Positions 10,990-26,058 are shown, counted from the whole stretch's first letter. The stretch is DNA of 62,403 nt, filler included, from Rhabdomonas costata (GCA_019059605.1; 24 parts of 24 records of this genome joined end to end with filler, not necessarily neighbours in it), one strand, 5' to 3'. Program-made: numbers and translations. The notes: generated by a model not told the origin, from the letters alone.

Positions 10990-12734
10990 CAGGCTCTGAT
11001 GCCGAATCGCTCTCAGCGAGGCTGCGCTGGAATCTCCGCCAAACCAAGCCCCGGGGCCCAGCAGTGTGGTGGGCATGGGAGTATCGGAGTTCTGCAGAAG
11101 GCAAAGGTTAAAGGGAGCGATACAGGCCGCCGCCGCGAGTTTGGTGGAGAAACATGGAGAAACATTTTTCATTTGTCTCTACATAGCCAGGCCATCCGAA
11201 TCGGCTCCGAATCGGTGTGAGGTGACAGGCGGCTTCGTGCTTCAGGAGGGAATGAAGATCACAAAAAAAAATCATGCTACACATCATCCCCAGGTGGGTT
11301 GTTGTTGGGTTACAATAAATAATACAAGGAAGGGTGCAACAATACCACCATGTATCACATTGTTCCCGGGGGTCCAGCTCCAGCGTCCAGCGCAGTTAAA
11401 AGGAACGTTACACAGACTATCTCAGGAGTACGGTTGGGTGGGGACGAAACCTGAGCCTGCATCGCTGCCAGGCTGGCGTGCATGGGCAGGGCAACGGAGT
11501 ATGCCGCGGAGGCGTTGGCCTGCAGCAGGGGAAGGGCGTAGGTCCGGGCTAGCCGCACCACAGCGCTGGGGATCCGCACCCGGTTCAGCCGCAGCAGCTC
11601 GCTGCAGGCCAGGGCACCACCCAGGAAGCCGCTGATCCCCGCAGCCGCCGTGGAGGGGTAGTGCGCCAGCAGAAACTGCGGCAACGCCCCCCACCCTCCT
11701 CCACTGCACAGCCAGCACCGCAACGCAAGGAAACAAAGGAAATAAAGAAGGAAATGCAGCGGTTTCGATATGGAAAGCGAAGCGGACGGGGGCTAATCTA
11801 CGCATCCCTGAAACTTAGAGTTTAGTACACTAGTAGTTTTAGTAGTTTACTCGTTTCCATTTGTCCCGGGAGAGCTCCAAAAGTGGGTTTGAACATTCGC
11901 CAAGGGCGTTTATTGCATTTGCTGTGACCAACCAGGGCTGAAAGTCATGAGCATGCCCAGTTACCTACCTTATACACGCAGGCATCTTCAAAATTTGTGG
12001 CCGATCCGGAGTACCATGATTTCAAGGCAATCGCTAACGAAAATACAATTGGTCCCTGGAAACACTCCGTACAGCAAATATGTCTGTATTCAAAGGGACA
12101 AACAAAACTGGGCGTCAAAAGAGACGAAAACATCGGCGATACCAGGAGACACACCAAAGCAACGCGAACCACTAGCGGGGGAGGGGTCTAATGGTGGGTG
12201 GAGCTGCATAACCCGCAGCAATACACCCTGCTAGACCTGAGACTTCCTCCCAAGAACTGCTTGAAACCAGAACGGACGAAATACGGCAGCAGTGCGACCC
12301 GGCCTCCAGCAAGGCGGGTAAACTGAGCAGATGCTCCCGCCTTGAGGCGGTGACTGTGAGTACTTGGAGGAGCATGCAAGTCGGTTGGGCGGGGAAGGGG
12401 TGACCTGTGTCTTGTACCATTCGGCAGCACGTGACGCTTTGCAGCAATGTCATGTGCAGGTTTTGCTTCTACCGAAGACGTCCCCTTTTGCTCTCTGTTT
12501 CGGGTGAGCCGATAGAGCAACACCAGAGAAAAAGAGGGAGGGAAGAAGAGAGAGAGGCACCTGCAGGGCGATCAGGTAGATGAAGATCTTGTCCGTCATG
12601 GCGATGCCGAAGAAGCTGAAGCGGGAGAGAGGGGGGATCTCTCGAAAATATCGGAACAGCAGTGAGCACACCAGACCGTAGGGGCCAGGGTGCAGCGCTC
12701 CGAACTGCTGGAACAACGACGTCAGCGGGCTGGC
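10990..12734 (-). CDS. UBAC2/Dsc2-like rhomboid pseudoprotease (partial)
   Basis: Exons 12734-12561 (..PGPYGLVCSLLFRYFREIPPLSRFSFFGIAMTDKIFIYLIALQ), 11675-11451 (FLLAHYPSTAAAGISGFLGG..RVRIP..) and 11091-10990. All GT-AG, phase 0. GPYG..IP..F..G..DK..YL..LQ is the family signature. Confidence 0.78.
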
Positions 12735-13054
12735 CTGCACAAATACCCACGGAAGGTTTTCCTCGAGGCTTTACAATACAACGCTCCCATACGGGCGCGC
12801 GCGCACGCACACACGTACTCAGTCACGTTCAATTATATTCAGTTCTTTTCTGCCTTTGCATCGCAGAAATATAAACAAACACGAACAAACAGACACAACT
12901 GTCCCTAAGTCAAAAAAGAGGACACACACAANNNNNNNNNNNNNNNNNNNNNNNNNNNNNNNNNNNNNNNNNNNNTTAATTAATTAANNNNNNNNNNNNN
13001 NNNNNNNNNNNNNNNNNNNNNNNNNNNNNNNCCCCCCCCCCGCGTCGCGCACAG

Positions 13055-14889
13055 ACGATGGAAGCCGAGGCTAGGCAGCTCCGGGCCCAGGCGCAGGCGC
13101 TGCAGGCGGAGAAGGCCGAGCTAGGCAGCCAGGGACAAGACTTGCAGGCTAGCCTGATGGAGGCCCAGAGCACTGTTGCCCTGCTGCAGGCTCAGCTGGC
13201 CGAGGTGTGCATGCCTGTGCGGGACACTCCTCCATACCACCGCAAGGAGGGGAGTAAGAGATCTGTTTGAGACTTAAAGCCGAGACGAAGACCTGACCTC
13301 GTCTGACCTCTCCGTTGGTGTCAGATGTTTGAAATTTGCTCACAGGTGAAGACCCAGGCGGCCTCCAGAGCGGACACCAAGTGTGAGATTTTTACTTTTA
13401 CTTTTCTTTTTTCTTTTTGTTTCAAATGTTCCAAATGGGATCGGGTTATTCAGTGACAGGGACTTCAAGTAAGCCTTGAATTGTGGGAGGTGGGGGAATG
13501 GATTTTTAGACGCAACTGAATGAGGATTAGATCACGACTGGCTCCGTTCATCGAGGCAATGCGCCTCTCTCCGAGATGTCGGAATCCCGTGATTAGTGGC
13601 TTTCTGCCCTTGCCGTTGGGTGTGGGTTTGGTCTCAACAACAATAGCTGGCCTTGTGCCTCGAAAAGGCCCCCAGACATTTCCACACTCACTGCCTTCAC
13701 CGCCTCCACTCTTCCTGTAAAAGCAGGATGTCGGCCCCTCCATTTTATTCAGGCTGGCTGCCAAGGTGACTCAGCCGAAGGCTTCGGAAACTGCTGTTGC
13801 TGAGCAGCGCAGTACAGCCGCGGAGGTTTTTCCACCGCTGCCCCGCCCTCCCTTCCATGGACTACAGTGCGCTTCGTTTTACATTTAAGAACACTATCTG
13901 TGTGTGGGGTCGTTTCTAATTGTTTGCAATCGTTCACCAAATCACCCAAGTTCTTTATCGAAATTGCGAGCAATAAAGAGAAGCAGGAAATGTGTGTGGG
14001 GGGTAGTAAGCGGAAACCGTAAACTCCTGCGGAAGTCTCGAAAAAAGACATTTTTGTATTTGGTTATCCTCGTCACCCCGACATTGGTACTCGGCTCCTC
14101 AAGTCCGCATGGTCCTTGATGACATGACTGGCATCGTAGTGGGTTCCTCATGAGATTGAATAAAAAGCAGAAGACACAAACACACACAGTTTTAACGGCA
14201 ACGTGACACTTCGTATCGGGTTCTAAACGTGTGATAAGAGCACGGCAGAAAAAGGAAAAAAGCTTCACAAGGTAGGTTCCACGAGGTCCACGGTCCAACA
14301 AAGCAGAATGCAACCACGGGGGCCCCCTCTGTTCGCAGGCCGGGAGCTCTTCGGATTTGGCGGCATCCCGCGATGGAACTGCGCCACAAGTTCGCTCCGC
14401 AGTGGCCAAGGTTGTGGATGAGATCAAACCCGGAACGTCGGAGAGGTATCGGATTAGCGGTGAACCACACCAAAACCTTTATGTTTTTACCGCTTAACCG
14501 CTCGGCCAATTTCCGCTTTCACCATCGCACACCTCGCCCTGGCCTTATTCCATGTTTCCTTCCTTCTTCTGACTTTGGGCTTTTTTTCTGCCCCGTTCGT
14601 CCCGATCTCTTCCACAAACGCCTTTTTCGAATCGAAAAAACTTTGAGCTTTGGAGGATGTTCACTGTTTCATTCTCCTTCTTCACCCTTACACGCGACTC
14701 GGCCCGTTTTGATTTTGCTTTCGGGTGCCACCTTTTTTGCGTGGCGCGGTGGCTCTCATCCGCAGCTTGGCTGCTGCGTCGAGCCTCGAGCTGCTGGACT
14801 TGCTGGGCAGCCTGGTGCGTAGCCTGCTCGTTCAGCGGGATGCTCTTCAGGAGCAGATCCACACCTTACAGCGCAATGAGTCGTTGCAG
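13055..14889 (+). CDS. Coiled-coil protein, five exons, partial
   Basis: Phase-compatible GT-AG exons ~13055-13204, 13346-13380, 13753-13825, 14339-14445, 14766-14889. A/Q/E/L-rich heptads. Confidence 0.65.
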
Positions 14890-15193
14890 GTCCCCTTTCT
14901 CTGCCGCTTCCACATTTTACCCCTCACCTCGCACACACACATACAATTATTCCATTAGAAATGATTGTGGGGGTAGACGGGCTTCCATATAACTTCTTTT
15001 CGCACTTCATGTGCAAATGGATGCTCGTGTGCGAAGACAAACTTTGGGGTTCGCTGTGAAGTGAGTCATAACGACTGTAGTGTAACCGCCCTTCTGTTCA
15101 ATCCTATTGATTTGATATTCTCTGCAGTCAGAGCATCGCACCGAAAAAATATGCCCCGAAAAAATATGGAGCTGGGAGTGGTTGGCAGCACGC

Positions 15194-15316
15194 CTTCGTG
15201 ACCAAAGTGCGGTTGGAGTCAGCCTCTGCGCGGAGCCTGTCCCCCTCTGCGGTGCGCCGACGGGCGGTTTGGTCTGCCGTGCTGACCATCTCCCGGAGGC
15301 TCAAAACCTCTGCTTC
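15194..15316 (-). CDS. Isolated coiled-coil exon, opposite in orientation to the neighbouring gene
   Basis: CTCAG|EAEVLSLREMVSTADQTARRRTAEGDRLRAEADSNRTLVTK|GCGTGC (GC donor). Confidence 0.5.
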
Positions 15317-15971
15317 CTGAGGCAGAGGAAACTCCCAGCGCCTCGACCCACCAGGTGCGCACACCCCCCTTGCCTTGAAAGGTTTTAGAGCGAGAGAGAG
15401 AGAGGGGGGGGGGAGCACTCTGCACCCACGCCCCCCGAAATCCACACGTGCATTTCAGGTGCTTGTGCATTGCTGGACTAATAATTAATAATCATTGCTT
15501 TTTGCACGCTGTGCGCTGTCGTGGTGCGGGGCGTCCNNNNNNNNNNNNNNNNNNNNNNNNNNNNNNNNNNNNNNNNNNNNTTAATTAATTAANNNNNNNN
15601 NNNNNNNNNNNNNNNNNNNNNNNNNNNNNNNNNNNNTGTTTTTGGTCGCGTCCGTTCATAGTAAAGCAAACATAGACAATCCGAGGGGGACCCGCTTTAT
15701 GCTTTGCTTTTCCTTCAGGAATTTTGCCGTAATCTCCATCCCTGTCCGTTTTCTCGCCACAGCTAACGAAAATTTTACCGCGCACTGACGGGAAGGAACT
15801 TGGATCATACGATCATGCTTTCCTTTCATTGGTCTCCTTGATTTTAATGATATATTATTTTTCTTCTCGAAAACAGGACGTCAATGATTTTTATCCGACC
15901 CATCATTAATACCTTAACGGTAAGAGACCAAATGAAAAAGAAAGAATGGCGGAAGGACTGACATTCCAAAC

Positions 15972-17588
15972 CTGCAATCGATGTAAGGGCTGCACTTGTG
16001 ACCGAGTCCACATGAGCAGCCTTAACGAACGTCTGAACTTGCAGAATCCTGAATGAGGACAAATCAAACACGTCGGCAAAGACGAGATTTTCCATTGCAC
16101 TGTGGTACACTGCGCCTTGTTCCTTTCAAAGAGAAGCGCGCTCCCCACAGATGTCACAAAAGCGTCCACAAAAACAAGAGAATTTGGATATTATTACAAT
16201 TCACAGCAACATCAACGAAAATAACCACCAAAAGCGTTGCACGCAATATAAAATCCGATAAAGCAACACGTCAGCACGGTTGTAAAAGTATGGGTGACAC
16301 AACCGCACCAACCAAAAAAACACAGGACAAACTGAGCGAAACCCGAATTCTCGAACGCACCACAGCGGAGAAATCTTGGCAAAGCAGGCAGCAACACAGT
16401 GAACAACACACGAAACAGCAATCACTGGCAGCTAATCATACTAAGATGAGTTATTTTCAGTTGACCTCCGTTTCTGTCCTGTTTTTGCATGTTCTTTGAG
16501 GTTGGGCCATGCTTGGACCATGGGGTCCGCTTTTGCATATTTCGTCTCCCCTCCAAGAGTGTGCCTCGTCTCAGTTTCTCCTTCGTTTGCTATAGTGATG
16601 CCGCAAAGTGCTGACTCTTGTGCCGCGGTTCTGTGACTCTTCGCTTTTCAAAATAAAATCACACAAAGTTGCGGTAGAATTACTGCCAAAAGAAACGGAG
16701 GGTGAGCCGAACCCGGCACCGCCCGAGGGTTCGGTGCCACCGCTGGATTGTCCCGCAGATTTCGCAGAGTGAGGTACCTCTTGGAGTAGTGGGTTGCCTT
16801 GCATGCTGAAAAGAAGATTTGCGGGAGACAGTCCTATAAATTTGACTGCTTTTGGAACCGATTGCACAAAGACACAAAGAAATTCACCTTTGCCCCCCCC
16901 CCCGACACACACACGCACAGAACTGCAGTCACGTTGCGTGAGGTTTTACCATCAAGTCAAGTGACTTCAACACATCATCAAGTGACTTCAACCAACAACG
17001 TGAGATGTTCCCACACTTCCAGAGAGGTTGGGTGTTCCAAACCATGAGGTAAAGACGGGGAAGTTCTTCCCCCGTTGACTGCCATTCGGCGTCACTCACA
17101 GGTTTTCCCCTTTTCCGCCTTTCTCGATCTCTGATCTTGAAGGAATGTACTTTCTCCCTCCCACTGTCTCTTTCCCTTTTTCGCTCTCTTCGCAAGCGCT
17201 CTTCTCATCAACTACGTTAGCCTTGTGCTTCATGTGTTGCTTTGCGGTGCCACATCCGAACAATCCTGCGCTCGCTGTCGGACCTCGTTCCGGATGTCTG
17301 AGGTGATGGGTGCAACCATGTGGCCCAATCCGCCCCAAATACAGCGAGGAGAATTGACCTCACGAGAAAGGGCACAGATCAAGCTCAAAAAGAAACCCAA
17401 GGCGAGCAACGGTTCCAACCAAGTCAATCAGTCCCAGTAGCCCAAGCCAAATACCTGCTGGCCAAGACTATGGGACGCTTGGACACCAAAACCACTGGTG
17501 TGGACACTGGAGATGGAAAAACTTGGCTGAGAGCCGCAGCAGCTATGGCAAGAGCGACCCCCGCCACAACAAGACGATGTGGTTGCAT
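15972..17588 (-). CDS. Hypothetical protein with an N-terminal signal-like segment (partial)
   Basis: MQPHRLVVAGVALAIAAAALSQVF.. exon 17588-17455 ends AG|GT. Further plausible exons at ~16797-16684 (ATHYSKRYLTLRNLRDNP..) and ~16040-15972. No family recognised. Confidence 0.35.
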
Positions 17589-20500
17589 CCACTGAATATA
17601 AACACATAACCGAAAGTCACCAAAGATTCTGTTCTCCCATAGTGAAGTAAAATAAGATTCTGTAAAGAAGACGTCGTGCAAACAGAAAACGCCGGACGGA
17701 CGTTTTCAACAGTACCATGCGTTCCATTGGGGTAAAACAGCAGGTTACGCTGTTTTTCAACACCACGGGCAGAAAGTCGCACAGCCACCTGCCAATTGCC
17801 ACCTCCCAATTGGTTGCCCCCGGAAACGACCAAGTGTCAGAGCTAACCTCTTGCAAGGCCCTTAGGGCGGCTGAGGGATAGTAAAATAAACTAGGTGTGT
17901 TGGCGTAACGTTTAAACCGAGGCTCGAAACGGAAACAGATCGCCGAATTCATAGCAGCTTAAAAGCGATAAAAATCCCTCTACACTCACGCAGTAAGTAT
18001 ATGAACGTTGCAAATCAACAGCACAGTGCTAAGGCACAAGGGGAGGGAAAAAAGGTAAAAGAGAAAGGAGAAAACGAGACAGGGAACTGGAACAAATGCG
18101 GAAGCAGCAGCAGCAGCAGCAGCAGCAGCAAATTACAGCCGTNNNNNNNNNNNNNNNNNNNNNNNNNNNNNNNNNNNNNNNNNNNNTTAATTAATTAANN
18201 NNNNNNNNNNNNNNNNNNNNNNNNNNNNNNNNNNNNNNNNNNGGTTTTTACGTGCTCCCCTGGCTCCCGCAGGTGGGCTTTTTTGGGGGGTCTAGATGCC
18301 GTGGTTTGGCCCAAAAATAGAGTCGTCATATAGGGGACGCTTGCTCGGTAGACCTAACCTTCTTTCTCCAAAATAATGAACTGGTGCTGACACCGGTTTG
18401 CCCATGCTGGTTTGGACCCTTTGGGGCCGCAGCTGAAGTATAAATCACATACATTTTGCGAAATAAGAAATCTTCGCATTCGCAAAGAAGGCACCAATCA
18501 AACAACTCGGTTCAGGTTGGAGGGCTTATATATTTTCCTCTCAGGAAAATTTGGTGGGTGACAGTTCTGCTTGCACTGGGGTGACCCTCATTGAGACTTT
18601 GCATATTACTCCCCTGAAGTCTAAACACTCGGAGCTGAGCGCTGATCTGCAGCCAGCGGCTTGCAGCAACCTGGTTTGCATTTTATCATGGCGAATGTCA
18701 TGCTGGTTTTGTGGGTTTTGAGCGTACCCAAGGTGCACAACGGGAAACGAGAAAAACTCAATTTTTTCTTGTGATATATTCTTGGTGTTGTACGACATTC
18801 AAAAATAAATTGCTGTCTTTCTATCTTTTCAGACATGGTTCCTAAAAATGTTGCCAATCGTTGGTGTTTACAGGGTTATCCCTGCGTGTATATGCGTTTC
18901 TTCCCCCTCCCCCCGTGTGGTGATGTATGGTTTTTGCAAGTTGGCAGCATAAATTCCCACCTCTCTGCGGTTCCCCTTTCCCTATCATTTAGTCGATCAT
19001 CGCAATTTCTTTTGTCTCCTGTGATCACGTCACTGCAGACGCACGTTGCAAACGCATGAGTGACGCGGCACGCGAAAATAAAAAACAAAGGAACAAAGAT
19101 GACTGAAGATATACAACTTCGGAAGAGACCGCGAACAAAACAATAAAGTGTGCACAGCGACCACGAGGCAAACTCTTGGAGGTAGAGTGATGGAGTCCGC
19201 GAAAGCGGTTCCCATGCTCTAAGCATGGCCCAACCTCAGATCATGAGTAACAGAGAGAGTTGATCCGAAAATAATTCATCGGAGCGAGACAAGCCAAGCA
19301 ATAGGCAAAACGGTGAAACGGTGAAGCCCGTATCTCGGTGTTTCCCTGGCACCGTCGTTCCGTCTCTCACCTGCCGCTCGCACCGCCTGAGGCGACACAC
19401 GTCACATTGATCCAAACGGATCGAAACAGAGGCACCTTCAGCCCACCTTCAGCCCGCATACCCAGAAGCTTGCCTTGGGTTTTCCGATTTTCTCGTGACT
19501 CGCGTGTCTTTTTCTTCCTTGGGGATCAAGTGGGCTGTTGAAATTGTTTGCTGCTGCTACGTATTTGGATACCGAAGATGTGTATTCCCGCTCTTTCGCA
19601 CGCAGCTACCAGGTTCCGCGGCGCCACAGTGCTTCAGTGCCAGAGAAAGACCGAAGCCACCCTGGGGATCCCCGTGCCCGAGCCCGAACCCGAACCGTCC
19701 TTCTCGTCTTGGACTGCGTCGCGTGAGCGCTCCGCGAGTTCCTTCTCCGAGCTCCTCGGATGAGATCGTTCTCTTTTTGTTCCTTTTTCTTTTTCTCTGT
19801 GGTATGCATGCCGCGCAAACACACTGGAGCCCGGACTTGCGGTACAACTTGTATCTTTCTCGCTGCATGCCCAACTCTGTTAATCCACAATGCATTGATA
19901 TGTTCATCTGACCCGTGCTGCTCCCGAGAGGGAAGAGCATGAGACAGCATAATAGGCTTGTGTGTATGTGTATGCAGTGAAGGTGTAATCGAGATTTTTC
20001 TTGTGAGGTGTTGACTTTGCGTTGGAGCCCTTGCGGTTTAAACTCACACGCCGGTACGCTGTTACCCTGTGGCCCCTGCTTGGGCTGTTTACGTTTCCAT
20101 TCTGAAGGCTTCAATTCCGCTGGACATCCCGTTACCCGTGCCGTCCTGCCCCTCCTTTGCCATCCCGGACACCCCGCCGGCTCCTTCGGAGACTGGGTTT
20201 CCCCTCCTTCCCGAGGAAGGGCTCACCATCTTCTCCAACCCGCCTTCGGTTTCCCGGGACCAATCTCATCCTGAGCAGTCACCGTGGTCCACCTCGGCCC
20301 CCTCAGAGGGGCTGTCTTGCTGGACTTGCCCCACCTGTGGAAATGCCCGGCCGGGATGCCAGGGGTCACCAGAACTGCGTTCGGTTTCCCTTCAGGTTTG
20401 TGGATTGAAACATGTGACTACCGAGTCCCCCCGGATTGGGTTTGGCCCTTGTGTGGAGATGATGTTACGCAGCCATTTGAGTGAGAGTTGATCCCGGCGC

Positions 20501-21161
20501 CAGCGAATATCCCGCGAATCGAAGAACGCTCTCCTTTGGGCTCAAACGGCGCCTCGGAAGCCCAAACTGGAACCGAAGATCAGATTTGAGAACCAGTGCG
20601 GAAAAACAAAAATCCGATTGGATTCCCGCTTAGGTTACACGATTGGACCCCTGTGCGATCATCTTGCTCGGCCCCGCCTTTTTTCCCCTTCTTTTACTCA
20701 CTTTTTGTGGTGGCTGTCGTGCGGTTGCAAGCAATGCGCAACAAAGANNNNNNNNNNNNNNNNNNNNNNNNNNNNNNNNNNNNNNNNNNNNTTAATTAAT
20801 TAANNNNNNNNNNNNNNNNNNNNNNNNNNNNNNNNNNNNNNNNNNNNCCAAAATGCATTTCTGAAGTATTTTTTTTTGGAAACCCTCACAGCGTTGGAAG
20901 CTGGGAATTGAGGTGGTCAACTAACCAGTGATTCTGTCACCCACCAGCTCATTTTACTTATGAAAATATGATGCTATCAAACGGAATGGACTACCTTGGA
21001 CCACGCGCTCTTGTGGCATCCTTCGGAATCTCTCCCTTCTTCACTTGATTGAGCGTTCACGTGCTCTGCTGACAATCGCGGGGGTGGAGGAGGCATTTCT
21101 ATACGCTTCACTGACCTAACCTTCGTATGGTATGTGTCCTTTGTCTTCGGCTGCGGCGCAG

Positions 21162-22739
<1,578 letters not shown>

Positions 22740-23094
22740 GTTTCGGAAGAGGAGGAAGAACAGGAAGAAATTTAATAACATTGATCCGAACAATGGAATG
22801 TTGTGGATGAACATATATCATTCATAGATGCTTTATAATTTATATTCGCATTTGCAATGTTGTCGTACCGTCTGCACCTCTTGCATCCTCTTAGAGGCAC
22901 AGGTGTCTCATGTCCAGGGCTTGGAACAGCGAAACAAACAACTCTCAATCCAACACTTGACAATCCAATGCTCAACTATTTTGATCTGCTTTCATCGGGA
23001 GATTTTTTGCATCGATTGAAGGTGCCCACTAGCCGATCATTATCTTCCTTCGATCTTCCGTCCATTCCTTCCAGGGAGAATTGGACACGACAGC

Positions 23095-23233
23095 TGGCAA
23101 AGCTCGATTTTGAAATGCCCTATCAGACAGTAAAAAAGGGTCAAAAATTCAAGAGCTTTTTGCTTCTCCGTCACCGGAACTCCTCTTTCCCTCCCCAAGA
23201 CGAGGCTTACCCCCAAGTAATTTTTTGTGTCGT
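23095..23233 (+). repeat. Second copy of family A repeat (~140 bp), probably intronic
   Basis: Aligns with few gaps to the reverse complement of 5961-6100 (e.g. CTTCTCCGTCACCGGAACTCCTCTT..CCCCAAGACGAGGCTTACCCCCAAGTAA). Confidence 0.85.
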
Positions 23234-23720
23234 AGTTATGAACTGAAGGATAAATCCAGAGAAGTCTGGTATGAAAGCTGTATAAACTAGGGAATACTGG
23301 CGCCTCTGCTCACCTTCAAAGGCACCGAATCCCTACTAATTACCACCAAACCCNNNNNNNNNNNNNNNNNNNNNNNNNNNNNNNNNNNNNNNNNNNNTTA
23401 ATTAATTAANNNNNNNNNNNNNNNNNNNNNNNNNNNNNNNNNNNNNNNNNNNNTAATTAATTAATGCTGTTATAATCAATTAATTAATGTACTTTAACTG
23501 TCTATTTCATGCCTTTGGCTATAGAATTCAGCACCGTATCGGGGCACGGGGAGAAGTAGCCCAGAATTCCGTAAGCACAATGACTTTTCCTTTGGGTTCG
23601 GGGGCGACAAGCACCCCACACCCCAGACTTCAATTTGGACTAGCAAACTAGCGGACTAGGGGGCTAGCGGGCTAGCAGGTGAGCAATAGGGAAAAGGGCA
23701 GAGAGATGGGCAGCACGTAC

Positions 23721-25337
23721 AGATTGTGTGGAGCGATGATTGCGCGTCTCTTGGGGAAGGATTGTAGACCTCCACCTGTGCAAGCAAACCCGTGGGGACG
23801 TCGCCTGGTCCTGCGAAGATGTTTCCCCGGTCTGTGCGAGCTCCATCCCACGCGAAGACCAGCGGCGAGACAACCAGCTCCTCCGCGACGTGCTCCAGCC
23901 ACACCGCACCATCGCTTTTCCGGGTGAACCTTGTGGGCTGGTAAAACTGCGCCGCGTCCCCGGACATGCCGTGGCCGAAGCTAACCACTCGAGAAACTCG
24001 AGAGGCTTGGGGGCGGGCCGTGGGCAGGGCGGCGTTCTCAGTCCACGGAGAAAGCGCGCGAAGGATCCGATCTGCGAGAAGCTTGTGTAGCTGGGCGGAG
24101 GGATGCCAGCCATCCCACCTAAAAAGACAAAATAATTTCCAGCCACCAAACACTGTGTTTTTGACCTGACACAACGTGGATGTTGCCGGTCCACAAGTGC
24201 TCCTAGGGGGGGGGGCTCGGGTCAAAATCGTTCACACCGTCAACCAATAATCTGGTCAGAATTTCTTGCTATGACACTCAACACTGGGATTTCACCCACG
24301 TTTGGATGCATTACGTGAAGGCAAAACGCGAACGCCTTTTTACCTTTTTACCCTTTTACCTATAGGCAGGTCTTGGGAAAAGTCGTCCTCCCGGATGTAA
24401 CCACCAATTTAAGTGGCTACGTGTACAAAGTGGTTCACAACAAACATGGTTTATTGACCGCAAGGGCCATGTGTGGACTGTGAATGATAAAAAACTAGGG
24501 TTAAAGTGCAGCAAAAGATAAAATGAGGCATTTCAACTGGATTTTTCTGTCTTTTTCTGTCTTGGGGATCCTTCTCTGTGCAGCCACCAGGGATGGAAAA
24601 CTTGCCAAATATACTCCACACTAGTTTTCGTCGGAAAACTCCAAAATCGGAAGTCGTTACACAAAGTTCTCTTCCTTTGGGGTATTACCAGTTTTGGAAA
24701 ATATATTTCACCAGTTTTACACTAATCCCCAATTCTACCAGTAATTTAGTTACACCGTCCCCACAACACAGACCCAGCAACTCCCAATGATTCAAATTTT
24801 AGAATCCCACCAGCATACCACATAAACTTTTGGGCCTCAAAGGCATGCTGGTAGCGAACGTCAACCCAGGAAGTGGAGGTATCTCGGAACACGCCCGACG
24901 TCCGCAACTCCTCCACGGCGGAGTAGGTATCGAATAGCAGGATCGACACCTCCGGGGCCACCGTTTCGGCGAGCTGGCTGACCTTTTCCTGCAGAATCGA
25001 GTTGAACTTCTGGCCGATCTCAGCCACTTTGGCCTGGACAGAGGCGTAGTTGTACGAGTGGCAGGTACCGTTGGAGTACTCCGGGCGGCATGCGGGGACA
25101 TACTGCCAGGGACCCTCGTTGAGGACCAGAAGGTACCGCACGCCCTTGCGCAGTAGCCGGTGGAGCCCGGTAAGGATATTGTTGACTGAGGTGGCGGGAT
25201 CCCCGACACCGTCGTAGAAGTCATTGTACCCGATCAGCACCGTGTGGATGGTCCGATTGACGTCACGAGGAAGATAGTTGTCCACCTGCCCAAGCAGGTA
25301 AATCCCAACATCGTTCATTGAATGGGAAAAAAATTAC
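23721..25337 (-). CDS. Tandem-domain GDSL/SGNH lipase-acyltransferase (partial)
   Basis: Exon ~25337 (or 25285) to 24819 has block III IGYND and ends FMW. Exon 24118-23721 has block V WDGWHPS, then a second domain (VVSFGHGMS..RKSDGAVWLEHVA..FAWDGA..GLLAQV). Confidence 0.85.
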
Positions 25338-26058
25338 CTCCAAAAAAGTAACAGAAAAGAAGCCCAGTGACCTAATCAGGCTCCTTGATGCCTTCGATAG
25401 TGAAAATTTGCACCAAAACTCAGGTGAGCTCGTGTAAACGAAGGACAATTTCGCACTGGCCCCGCTATTTCTCTCAGGATTCCGCCTTTCGGCTGGAAAA
25501 ACATTAGGCTTCTGTGGTGAGCAAAGCATAAACGTTCCGTTTCACAAGCGAAAGAATAAAAACAGCCGTCACACCGCGCAACTGCGCAATACAGAAAAAG
25601 CAAAAAGAAAAAACATCGACTACGCTTTAATGGCACAACAATGAAGAATCATTCAGAGAAAAAAAGACTATTACCAAAACCACTGAATGTCCAAACACAG
25701 ACTATTTTAGTGAGCATCACTTACGCTTGGCCTCCTTGAAGCACAAAAGACAAGCAAGAAAAGCACTTTCACAACCAGGAAAAGCGGAACGCCTAAAACC
25801 AACACAGGTGAAAACTGAAGTTGCGTGGATAATCACTGATGAGGAGGGCTCCCCAAAAGCGGCCACGGGGTAGGGGGGGGGAGGCAATGGGTCAGACTTA
25901 AGCGCCAAGTCACTTGGCGTCAAACCATCTTGATAGTTTTAACGAATTCAAAACATTTNNNNNNNNNNNNNNNNNNNNNNNNNNNNNNNNNNNNNNNNNN
26001 NNTTAATTAATTAANNNNNNNNNNNNNNNNNNNNNNNNNNNNNNNNNNNNNNNNNNNN

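Noticed and set aside
18103-18129. (AGC)n tract, and CA/GA tracts elsewhere
   Set aside because: Ordinary microsatellites with no supported coding context.
18243-20747. Gene calls in contig 8 (and contig 19, 46894-49389)
   Set aside because: Several short GC-rich frames but no recognisable family or phase-consistent exon chain, so left unannotated.
23454-23487. TAATTAATTAA-like sequence at the start of contig 10
   Set aside because: Short AT-rich sequence resembling the linker; cannot be distinguished from chance or artefact.
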